Origin: Stegostoma tigrinum
Lineage: Eukaryota
Reading direction: 5' to 3'
Length of the DNA stretch: 64,000 bases
Assembly: GCF_030684315.1 (NCBI RefSeq)
Contig: NC_081356.1
Span: 31,459,197-31,523,196, forward strand
Shown: piece after piece, positions 53,370 through 64,000 of the stretch
How the letters are laid out: every line of letters starts with the position of its first letter
Numbering within the stretch: position 1 is the first letter of the stretch
Translations under genes and position numbers: made by a program
Notes under the pieces: model-generated
Databases searched by the model: none
What the model was told of the DNA's origin: nothing
The model's input: the letters and a program-made list of their open reading frames with translations, nothing else

Positions 53370-54184
53370 ACTGTAGGTATGTATGTCACTGTATTGTAGG
53401 CGGTAAGAATCAGTACACTCTGTATCAAGTTTCTTTTAAAGTCTTTTGCTGAAGATGATCTGATAGTGGGTGAGGAGAGAATTGGAATTGCATTTGAGTG
53501 TGGGTGGGCTCAGGCTTTGATTGGACATGGTGGTGATACCCTTCCTCCCATTTTGAAATTGTCTGCTGACACGTGTCCACGAAAATTGGGCAAGTTGGCA
53601 AAAGAGAGTTGCAGGATTTGGTACTGAGAGGAGAGAAATTGAAACTCCTTTGAAACGATCTTTTAATTAATCATTCTCAACGGTACTAGAACTTAATAAT
53701 GAAAAAAAAATTAACTGAGTTATTGTGTTTCAGTTGGTATGTTGTACTCAACCTCCAGTAACTCCTGTTGTTGGGTCAAACAATGTTTTTCTGTAGATTC
53801 TCACATCTGTTGTAGATTAGTGAAATTTGGTTACACAGAGGAAACTATTGTAAGGCAGATCCAGCCTGATTCATGTCCTTGGCCTTCTATTTTGGACGAC
53901 GTTCTTACGAGTCATGGAGCTAATTATGTTGCACTGATGGGAGCTGTTCTCATGAGGAGCCCAGATTGCAGAATCAGGTTACAATAACTTGCAGTTAATT
54001 TATGTTTTTAAAATATAAAAATGATCTAAGGTGCACTTGCTAAACTATGTGAAAAGAAAGGGAGATGTAATACTTATTTAACATTTCCTGCGTTTAATCC
54101 CTATTTATTTGTGTTAATAGCAGGGGGACAGCTTTGCTTCTGATGGGAGGATAAAATGAACGTTCTATCATAAGTTAGTCATAA

Positions 54185-54650
54185 CAATAACTGCTTTCAT
54201 TTATTTCGTGTAATCACCGATAACATGGTGAACAAATCCAAGGCCCCCCTCAGGAGCATTGTCAAACATGATTAGACACTAGGCCACATCAGGAGATATT
54301 GGGAGAAATCACTAAAAATCTTGGTCAGAGAGGTAGATTTTAAGGAATATCTCAAAAAAGTGGTAGAGACGACCATCTGGATTAGGGAGGAAGCCACAAA
54401 GCTGAGGGCCTTTGTGGCCAAAGATGTAACCACCGATGGTGAAATAATTAAAACTGGGGATGTGGCAGAGGCCAGTACTGGAGACACATAGAAGGCCCAA
54501 AGACTGGAAGAGGTTAGAGATATTGGGAGATCCCAGGCCATGGATACATTTGAAAAGCAAGCTGAGAATTTTAAAATTGAAAGAAATTATAAATATCAAT
54601 GAGCATGGAGATTGGGTGACTTACACTTAGAGTTAGACAGCGAGGTTTTG
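54185..54650 (-). mobile_element. L2-type LINE 3' fragment
   Basis: FKILSLLFKCIHGLGSPNIS resembles the L2 ORF2 end motif FKILLL.FK.LHGLAP.YL. Confidence 0.7.
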
Positions 54651-55057
54651 TGTGAAAAAATAATGTTCCAGAGCTTAATAATTGTAGCATGCCTCAAAAA
54701 ATAATGTTTGTATCCTTCCATCAGTTCTGTAAAATGGTCATTGATGTGAACATGAAGTCTGATTCTTTCACCATGGATGCTGCCAGCGCTGTACGTAGTT
54801 TTTATTTCAGATTTGCAGCTTTCATTTTATTTTTTCACCTGCTTTAATTTTTATAGCCCATTTATCTCTGAAATATTGCCAAAAGGATGTTATTTAAAAC
54901 CCCTATTATTTGAAGCATTACTTTGCACTTTAGAAAGTCTCCATGTTACCTTATGCCTGCAAGTCACTCTCTGTTTCAAAGCTTTTTATCAGTCATCTGT
55001 TGTTAGTTATCTCAGAGGACATTTTGTTTAATTTTTATGATCTGTTCCGTCTTGCAG

Positions 55058-56460
55058 GAAATTGGACACTTTTGGAAGATGTGTGTCTATGAATAATGTT
55101 GCCTCTTCATGAAGAACATCTTTCCTGTACTGTTACTTCATTCTTCGCCAAAACGATTTCTGTATTTATTAGTATCTTTATAACAGTTTCCTACTAATCT
55201 GGCAATATTCTACCTTTTGTGGAAAATGGATGTTTTTGCATTAGAAACCCAATAGCATTGGGCAGATTGGTGGCAATGAAATGTCTTGTTTTCAACTTGT
55301 AATATGCTTACAGTTGGTTGAAGGTCAAGAGGTTGATTATGTGTGAAATTGTTGGGATTTTGATGTAACTAAAAATCATACTACAATTGTGCCCACATTT
55401 AACATCTTCATTATTATTTTAGATAAATGAGGTAAACCTACATGGGCAGTTACAGGTTAGTCAGTCCCATAACTGGTGGGTTCTTGGAAGGAAAGTTGTT
55501 GCCAGTAGTGCTGATCAGCTTAACTGCATTTTGCTTTGAAGATGGGAGTCCTAGATTAATGATTAGCAGTAAAATAACCCCAATAAATTTGGCATCATCT
55601 CACCAGTGCTATAGTAAATATCTGTAATACCAGTGTGTTTAATTTTATTTTTAAAAACCGTTAAGTTTGTTCTAATTAAAGAAAATGAAGCCACATGGTG
55701 AGTGTATTGTCCATTGGATAGTGGAGCATTGTTGAGTAGACTTTGTGCATGTTACTGCTTTTTTCACTGCCATTAAAGATAACCAGTCATAGACATAACT
55801 TAGGCCTTTACAATGTTAACTTTGTAGGTTATGAGAAAAGAAACAAGTAATTTTCAAAATAACTACTTGAATGTTAATCACCAAGTCATCACAAAAAATT
55901 GTGGCCATTCTTTTTGAGTTGCTGTGACATGGCAGGCAATCAGCTGCCATTAATACCTTACCCTTTTCTTTAATTATTAATTGTAACCATTGTAACAGCT
56001 ATGTAGCATATTTGTATGGTTCCATTAAATTTATTTGAAAGAGAATTTTTATTAAAAAGTATTTCGTGATGCGGTGCTAAACGAATAGCTTGGCGAATCA
56101 GTATAGTTTGATCACATAACCGAAGTTCAGCCTGTACCTTTCTTCGATGTGTGTTGCATTGGTACCAATTTCACACAAAATGATCTTCAGCCTCAATCAC
56201 GTAAAATTGAAAATTTCTGTGTGTCGTGATTTCAATCATTTTAAACCTGCTGTGCATGTGTAAACCTAAAACATTTATTAATTTGTCAGTTTAATGATTA
56301 AATGTGTTTATTCCATTCCAGGATAATATAAATTGGAATTGCATCAAAGATTAATGAATTTGATAACAATCTGTTTAAGTATCTGAATTGTGGCGTGTAA
56401 CAAATGCATGACTTTGGAAGGTTTTTGTTTTTTTATTAAAATAAATAACATTTTAAGTGT
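55058..56460 (+). other. GNG10: Probable GNG10 non-coding terminal exon (3' UTR)
   Basis: Acceptor tctgttccgtcttgcag|G at 55057; repeat-poor AU-rich stretch; overlapping ATTAAA/AATAAA at 56435-56445 followed by GT-rich sequence. Confidence 0.6.
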
Positions 56461-56659
56461 GGGTGTATCATGATGGAAATGCTTCAACCATCTGTCTGTA
56501 TTTTCCTGTCAAAATGTGTTACCTGACTCTTCTCTCCATTCTGATAATTAGTCTATGCCCTCCTTTAAAGCTTATGTAGTTTTCACTTTGTTTAAGCCCT
56601 ACTTTGTCTTAAGAAAAGTCATTATATTTTGTTTTTGTACCCAAGTTGAAATGAAGACA

Positions 56660-56980
56660 TATTTACATAAGCACATTATATCCAATAAGTTACTGACATA
56701 ATGTAGAAAATGTAGCAGCCAATCTGTGAGGATCAAGTGTTCTTGTACAGCAATGTCATAATCAGATACTGTATCAAGAGGACATTGAGGAGAACTCCCT
56801 TGCTCTTAAAAATAACAACCGCGGATCTTTAAAGTCCACCTAAGACTGGTTCTCCATTTAAATGTCTCACTCAAACAATGGCACCTTCAAAAGAACAGCA
56901 TGCGCTCAGTACTGCGCTAGAGAATCAGCTGTGTGCTCGTACTCAGGTCTCCGGAGTCAGACGCGAAGCTTCTGACAAAC
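56660..56980 (-). mobile_element. Deu-domain SINE (SacSINE1-like)
   Basis: GCAGCCAATCTG...GGAGAACTCCCTTGCTC...CTCAGTACTGCGCTAG. Confidence 0.6.
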
Positions 56981-57487
56981 AAAATTTCTTCAATCTGACC
57001 AGTATCTAAACAGCTTGAAGGTTTAATTTTCATTGAACAAATCTTGTATTTGCAGAACTGGCAACATGGATTGCCTTAGTTGTTGGGCAAAAACTGGTGT
57101 TCCCTGTCCAGAGCTAAAGCTATGGATACCCCTTCAAAAATTCTGCATTTTAGGCTTCCTCAAACAGCATCTCAAGGATGTTAGCTGAAGCAGGTCAGAG
57201 GTCTGGGGGAAATTCACGTTCATCATTTTAAAGCCGTGTAACCTGGCTAACTTGTATAAACAACTAAAATACAATTGAAAAGGAAATGATCTTGGTCAAA
57301 ACATACATAGTCATATCCTTCTACATAGGATATGTACTAGTGAAAAGTTCATAGTCGTAATATATCCTTTTGGTTTTTAAAATTGTAAAATGGTCTCTTA
57401 CAGTTTGCCACTGTACTCTTGTTAATGCACAACTGAGGTTTTGGGTAACAAAAGTGATTAGTAGTTTGCATTTGATCTTCTAGTCTT

Positions 57488-57806
57488 CATAGATTCCCTA
57501 CAGTGTGGAAACAGGTCCTTCGGTCCAACAAGTCCATACTGAACCTCAGAGTATCCCACCAAGACCCAGACCGATCCCCCTATAACCCACACCTCCCTGA
57601 GCACTATGGGCAATTTAGCATGGCCAATCCACCTAGCCTGCACATCTTTGGGCTATGGGAGGAAACCGGACCACCCAGAGGAATCCCACGCAGACACTGG
57701 GAGAATGTGAAAACTCCACACAGACAGTCACCCGAGGATGGAATCAAACCCGGGTCCCTGGTCCTGTGAGGCTGCAGTGCTAACCACTGAGCCACCATGC
57801 TGCCCC
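57488..57806 (-). mobile_element. Full-length HE1-like V-SINE
   Basis: GGGGCAGCATGGTGGCTCAGTGGTTAGCACTGCAGCCTCACAGGACCAGGGACCCGGGTTTGATTCC head, V-domain, CR1-like tail. Confidence 0.88.
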
Positions 57807-60419
57807 ATCTTGTGCAGGAATCCTGAGAAAATGACTCCTTATTTTGGGAAAGTTTTTATATGGGACAGAATGTGAAACTTCTGTCGTATCGTCATTGCCT
57901 TCTCTTCCCCCTCCTTTGTCCAAAATCTGGCCTAAGCAGGTTACAGCTTCTGGCTCATCCTGTGTTGCTGGTGGGATCAGTGAGATGATTGTTAATATGG
58001 CATTAGGCCTCATCCAAGTCGTACATGTGGGTATCTAATTTTTGGTATCTAATAAATGATTGTTCAATTTTTTTTCCATCTAAGTGGCATGTGTGAAAAC
58101 ATGGAATGCAAAGTATGTCACAGAAAAAGGGTTAGAAAAGTTACATGATATCCAGGAATGTTTATCTTATTCTTACTGTCACAAGATGCTACATGTCAAA
58201 GACAGAAAAAAGTGACAGTCAAGTCATTATGTCTGAGCTGTATGGTCTCTGGGATGTGGAATTGATTTAGTGGCTAATAATGGAAGATAGCTAATTAAAG
58301 GTACACATTGTGGAAGTTTTAAACAGGAACAACTTGTCTGGAAGGTGTATTAGATCCACCAGCATCTGAAAAAAGAAATGATGGGCTAACTTTGGTTGCA
58401 CACATTTTGTCAAAATTGAAAATGTTACATATTTTTACTTTTCATTTCTAACAAAGACCTGTGGTATTGTAAAATTAGTCTTTTTTCCAGATGCATCTAT
58501 GTATTGCAGAATTACCTGTTTTGGTCTTTGTATTAAGTCACTCCCTCTTGACACAATTTGCAAAATCACACTTTTATGTTAAGTATCAGACTGACGTTCA
58601 TTTTTAGTGCTTAGTTGTGTAGCAGCACCTGGGCACAATGCAGAGGGAAAAATGCTAGATGCTCAAATGCTCATTGGAGGCTGCTCAATTGTCCTGACCT
58701 CTAAATGCATGTAAGTAGAATAGTGTGATACATAAACCTCACTGCCTTCCTGCTGCATCCAGGCAATGCTTTAGGTCTAACTGTTCAGTGGTTAAAATCT
58801 CCTTTGGTATATTAAGGATGCAAGGGGAAGCTAAGGCAAAAAAAACCTAATATGTCTAAAGTGGGCATGTTGAGTTTCAACATAAGATTTTTAATATTGA
58901 ACTGTGAAAAATATCAAATTCTGTTGCAATTGACAAATGTGAATTCATCAAATTATGTTTAAAAAGAACAAGACAGTAGTGTGTCATATGCTGTCAGGAG
59001 GTTTTAATTTTACACTCCTAACCAGCACACTCTTCCTTATATGAGTCATGCTACACATCTGCATTGATAACAGCAAACAAAAGAAACCGTCTGATCGTGC
59101 ATAGGCATGACAAATATTGTTCAGTCTGGTCTACATGCAAGGATGATATTTGCATTTCATTCAGTTACTATTTTCCTAATTACACATTACTGTTTCTCAC
59201 ATACTGCTCTTGTACAACCTTGGTATTTTTAAATCCTTCTTCTGTGAAACACACTAATTTCTTAGTGCAAAAACATTTTTCTGTAGTTGTTTACACTAAA
59301 CCTTATCCATCCTTCCATCGTCATTCATTAACATCTTCATTTAATCTAGACAGTCAACTTGCCTTTCTAAATCCCGAACCAGTTTCAATAGCTGTATGGA
59401 GTGCTAATGAAATAATACACCTATATCAGAGGTAAAGGTAACATATCACAAATCCTATTTCTCATTTTAACTCTTAAAATGCTGCAAGCCATTTTTATGT
59501 GCAGATGTTGCTCCTTTTGGGAGAGTGTGCAGTATATTTTAAGAGGTGGCCACCCTCTCTGTAGCTTTCATTGTACTGATGGGGAGTGAAAATAAGGTTA
59601 GCAGCTCAGCATGCATTACTCTTACTGAGTATATTACACGGTAGCCATTTTGCATGCTGCAAGATCAGAAAACTGAAATGACTGCCTTATTTATTTCTTA
59701 GGTGATGTGAGGAAGAAATTTGTCTCGGATTCCAGGATAACTCCTTGCTGCTTTCCAAATAGTACAAATACTGTTATTGTATACCTGAGCCACTAAATCA
59801 AGAAGCCAGAAACTGTTCATCTGATGGATTGCTTAACCAGTGCCATACCCCTCAAGCCTACTGTATATGAATTCAGAAGCAGAATGTGGTGGATATCGAG
59901 CTATATCATATTGTTGTCCAGACATGCATCAACAAGTCCAGTTACTGGGCATCTAAGCTGTGCGTTTGGCCTTGAATCTGCAAATATTTTATCCAGAGAC
60001 AAATAATAAGTGTGAAAGGGTTTATTGTTTGTAAAGTTGTCGATGCATTCAATGGCCAAAGACATTAGTAACAGGACAAAAAAAAACTTGCCTCCCTCTG
60101 TTTGGTTTTGGGGTGGTCCACTGAAGTAGTAAGGTAAAATGCAGGAACAATTTGCCAAGCAGTACTGTTTGAATAGGATATCCTGTAAAGCTAAGATGGT
60201 GTTTACAACATATCTCATGCCTTGGTTTCTTTTGGTTAGCCCATCATTACGACAGTCAGAGTCTAGAAGCAAGCAATGATTTTTGATCACAACCTGCCCA
60301 ACATTCCTAGAACCATATATTCATTGCCGCTTTTTCTTCTACTACACAGTCTCAATATTTCAATGTTATATAGCCAATCAATGGTATTGAATCTAACATA
60401 AATGACTTTCTCTCAGATG

Positions 60420-62262
60420 TAATGGTGGGTGATTTTTTTTAACTTTCTAAACATAGACTGAACTGCCATAATGGATGGGAGAAATTTGTGAAGTGTGTAC
60501 AAGAAAATATTCTTATTCAATATGTGAATGTATCTACTAGAAAAACAGCAAAACTTGACCTTTTGTTGGCAAATAAGGCAGGGAAAGTGACGGAGGTGTC
60601 AATAGGGGAGTGCTTTGGGCTAAGTGATCATAATTGTATTAGTTTTAAAATAATAATGAAAAAGGTTAGACCTGATCTAAGAGTTAAAGTTCTAAATTGG
60701 AGTAAGGACAATTTTGACAGTATATCGAGATTGCAAAAGTTGACTGGGGGAGGCTGTCCGCAAGTAAAGAGATGCTTGGAAATTGGGACGCCTTCAAAAG
60801 TGAGATAAGAGTTCAGAGACTGTATGTTCCTGTCAGTGCAAAGAACAAGGCTGGTAGGTGTAGGGAATGCTGGATGACTAGGAAAGTGGAGGTTCTGGAC
60901 AAGAAACAGGCATAGATAGCTGAGATTGAGTGAATCCCTCAAAGAGTATAAGGGCAGTAGGAGTATAGTTAAGAGGGAAATTGGGGGGCAAAATAGGGAC
61001 ATGAGATAGATTTGCATGTCGGCTTAAGAATTCATAGACATTCTACAAATACATTAAGAGCAAATGAGTAATTAGGGAGAGAATATGGCCCCTTAAAGAT
61101 CAATGAGGATGTCTATGTGTGGAACCACAGAAGTTGGGTGAGACACTAAATGAGTATTTTGCATCAGCATTACTATGCAGAAGGACATGGAAGCTAGGGT
61201 GTCAGTATTACAGAAGACGAGGTGCAGGAGGTCTTAAAATATGAAGGTAGATAATTGCCCAGGATCTGATCATGTGCATCTTAGAACTTTGTGGGAAGCT
61301 AGGGAAAAGACTGCTGGGACCCTTGCCGCGATGTTTGTATCATCAATAGCCATCAATAGGTGCCAGAAGACTGGAGGGTGCCTAATGTGGTGCCATCATC
61401 TAAAACAGGTGATAATGAAAAGGCAGGAAAGTACAGACTGGTGAACCTGATGGCAGTGGTGGTTTAGTTTTTGGAGGGAGTTGTGAGGGAGAGGATTTAC
61501 ATGCATTTGGAAAGGCAAGGACTGGTTAGAAGTAGTCAACATGGCTTTGTGTGTGGGAAGTCATGTCTCACTAATTTGATTTCAGTCTTTTTGAAGAGTT
61601 GACAAAGAAGATTGAAGACAGAGTTGTAGACATTGTCTGTATGAACTTCAACAAGGTTCCATGTGTTAGACTGGTTAGCAAGGTTAGATCACTTAGAACT
61701 CATGGGGAACTAGTCAATTGGATAGAAAATTGGTTTGAAAGTCAAAGACAGTGGATAGTGGTAGAGGGTTATTTTTTGGATTGGAGGCCTGTGATCAGTG
61801 GTGTGCCACAAGGATCAATGCTATGTCCACTATTTTTTGTCATTGTATGTAAATGATTTGAATGTGAATGTACAGGGTACAATCAGTAAGTTTGCAGATG
61901 ACACCAAAATTGGTGGTGTAATGAACAGTGAAGACCTGTATCTCGGCGAGAAAAGCCAAAGGTCTTCGTCCTAGGCTAGGGGAGTCCAAAGGTAGGGGGC
62001 ATAGGTGAGAGGGGGAAAATTTCAAAGGGACATGAAGGGCACCTTTTTCACAGAGAGAGAGGTATTCCTATGAAATGAACAGGTAGGGGAAGTGGTGGAG
62101 GCAGGTACAATTAAAACATTTAAAAGGAATCTGAATGTATAGGAAGGGTTTCGAAGGATATGGGCCAAATGCTGGCAAATGGGACTAGATCAGTTTTGGA
62201 TATGTTTCGCATGGATGAGTTGGACCAAAGGATCTGTTTCTGTGCTGTATAACATTATGAAT
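60420..62262 (+). mobile_element. CR1/HER1-type LINE fragment (endonuclease end to 3' UTR, internal deletion)
   Basis: LDLLL..SDHN, SGVPQGSML, SKFADDTKIGG; CR1 tail. Confidence 0.88.
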
Positions 62263-62284
62263 GACAGAGCATTACAATCCTAAT

Positions 62285-62460
62285 ATAAAAACGCTGGAAG
62301 CATCTAGCAGGTTCAGCATCATCTGTGAACAGAAATAGTTTAGATTACTGTTTGAGTTTGATACCATTTGTAAGGATTCTGATGAATTGTCATCAATCTG
62401 AAATCTCAACCTTTCTGTGTAAATGCTGCCTGATCTGTTGAGCGTTTACTGCATTATATA
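62285..62460. mobile_element. Old palindromic Penelope-derived element
   Basis: Inverted family arms around CTGATGAATTGTCATCAATCTGAAA. Confidence 0.55.
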
Positions 62461-63099
62461 TAAAGCTTTACAACTTTGACAGTATTTACAATTTTTCAAG
62501 TAAAAACTACATCCCTAATTCCTAAGCAAAAACTAAATGCATTCTAAATAATGACAAATAAGTTGATGTTGAGTTGGGTGTGTAGTTTTGTGATCTGAAC
62601 AAATCAGGGGCATTGTTTGAAAATTACAAAAACCACTTTGATTGATACTCTAAACCACATCTTTAACTTTACAGGATGTCCTAGTTAAATGGAAACTGAG
62701 TAATAAGGAAAGTTGCTTTGAATTAAATTTTCTTTCAATATTTGAATGCTGAAAGAAAACTACATTGGGATGAGCTTTGCAGGAAAAGTGTACCTATTCA
62801 ATGGATAAGGAACAAATAGCAGCAATCATTCATAAATGTTATTATTCCTTGTGACCATTACTGCAGATTTCAATTGCATGATTTCAAAATGGCAAAGCAG
62901 AAATCTCTGACCAATACCAGGAATATCAGTGATAATTACTATAAAAGAATTCAGCATTCATATGAACAACAATCTAATATTTTAATGAGTAATACACAAG
63001 GAATACATTGAGTTGGTTGGATCTATTATAACTTCACACAGTATAACTATTAAGGAAAAACAGAATTTTGAAGAAAAACTGAACAATTCTCAAATTGTT

Positions 63100-63200
63100 T
63101 TAAGAGAATATGAGGCGGGTCTGCCCATCAATTCTTCCAGGAACCCTTTCATAGGCTAGTCTTTGTTTCTTTGCTTCTGGTAAAATTCTGTATCTTGGCT
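63100..63200 (-). CDS. SHOC1: SHOC1 (C9orf84) last coding exon, meiotic crossover factor
   Basis: Minus strand ...[32 protein letters not shown] resembles the SHOC1 C-terminal motif L(A/T)YEKVPGRVDGQTRL. Acceptor ttttttcaattattag; in-frame stop just upstream. Convergent with GNG10, as in human. Confidence 0.8.
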
Positions 63201-64000
63201 CTAATAATTGAAAAAAGCAAGGTCATGAAAAGATGCTGGGGCTCTGAAATCATGCTTAAGCCATTTGTTTAAAGATATATCTACCTCTTTAATTGAGATG
63301 CTATTCTAATGAAATTTTAGAAGAACTAATACTGCTATTAAAATAATAAAAGGCAATATAGTATAGCAGAAGATCTGAGCATCTTTTAAGAGGTTGCCTT
63401 TCTAAGTAACGCATTGCAAAGTACACCAATGAATGCATGTGCACAGATATGCAATTTTATAATGCATTATTGCCTAACAAATAATTTCATTCAGTTTTGC
63501 ATCAAATTGGCAACTTCCAACAGAACAGTAAATATAAGCCCTAGGCCCAACACTGTATATTATGAACTAGAAAATTTGAGAGGCTGGCTTACATCCAAGC
63601 CTGTATCCGTTCCTAGGCTTGAAGATTGGCAAAGATCTTATGCAGTGAAACTTTGTCACTCTTAATTCCACATTTTTGTCATCTCATGTGAATACTAAAA
63701 AAAACTCAGAAATTGCTTTTCTTTTGAGCGTGATATTGGCCATGTTGATAATTAAATAAGCAATCAGGAGAACTGTATGTTTGAGTTGCAAGTGAATCAC
63801 ATCAGCTATTTCTAATGGCTAAATGGGACACATTCTATTTGTTATACTGCTCCCTCTGCTGCCCATATGGTGGGCGAGGTGTAAACAAAGTTTGTTCAAT
63901 AATGGCTGCTGAGAGCTGGGCGTGTTTCAATTTGTACAGTGCAATACACAATAGGCAGAATTTTTAAAAATTCACTCATGGTACGTGGTTGTAGACTTGC

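Noticed and set aside
51925-53595. Possible DNA-transposon MITE surrounding the Penelope insertion
   Set aside because: Terminal inverted repeats too degenerate to support
63201-64000. Additional upstream SHOC1 exon
   Set aside because: Candidate donors at 63284 and 63592 give stops in the required phase; the region looks intronic

Overview
AT-rich vertebrate genomic DNA, most likely from a shark or other elasmobranch (HE1-type V-SINEs, CR1/HER1-type LINEs, Deu-domain SINEs, abundant Penelope-like elements). Four intron-containing genes are supported by splice-site-resolved exons. (1) SMC2, minus strand: first six coding exons (11701 down to 1293); the gene continues beyond the left edge. 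(2) DNAJC25, plus strand: complete, 4 exons, 344 aa (17057-22773), divergent from SMC2. (3) GNG10, plus strand: complete 68-aa CDS in two exons (31612-31692, 47026-47151) plus a probable non-coding 3' exon at about 55058-56460. (4) SHOC1/C9orf84, minus strand: last coding exon (63100-63200). GNG10 and SHOC1 are absent from the ORF track. Most other ORFs are transposon debris or chance. The most notable observations are: a family of short, often palindromic Penelope-derived elements carrying minimal hammerhead-ribozyme motifs, with target-site duplications and one copy truncated at the predicted cleavage site; exon phases allowing an in-frame DNAJC25-GNG10 read-through fusion like the human one; a LINE whose 5' end is a tRNA-like SINE head; and a perfect 25-bp hairpin plus a templated 20-bp insertion upstream of DNAJC25. 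Gene and repeat-family names come from recognising sequence, not from database searches, and repeat boundaries are approximate unless a TSD is given.
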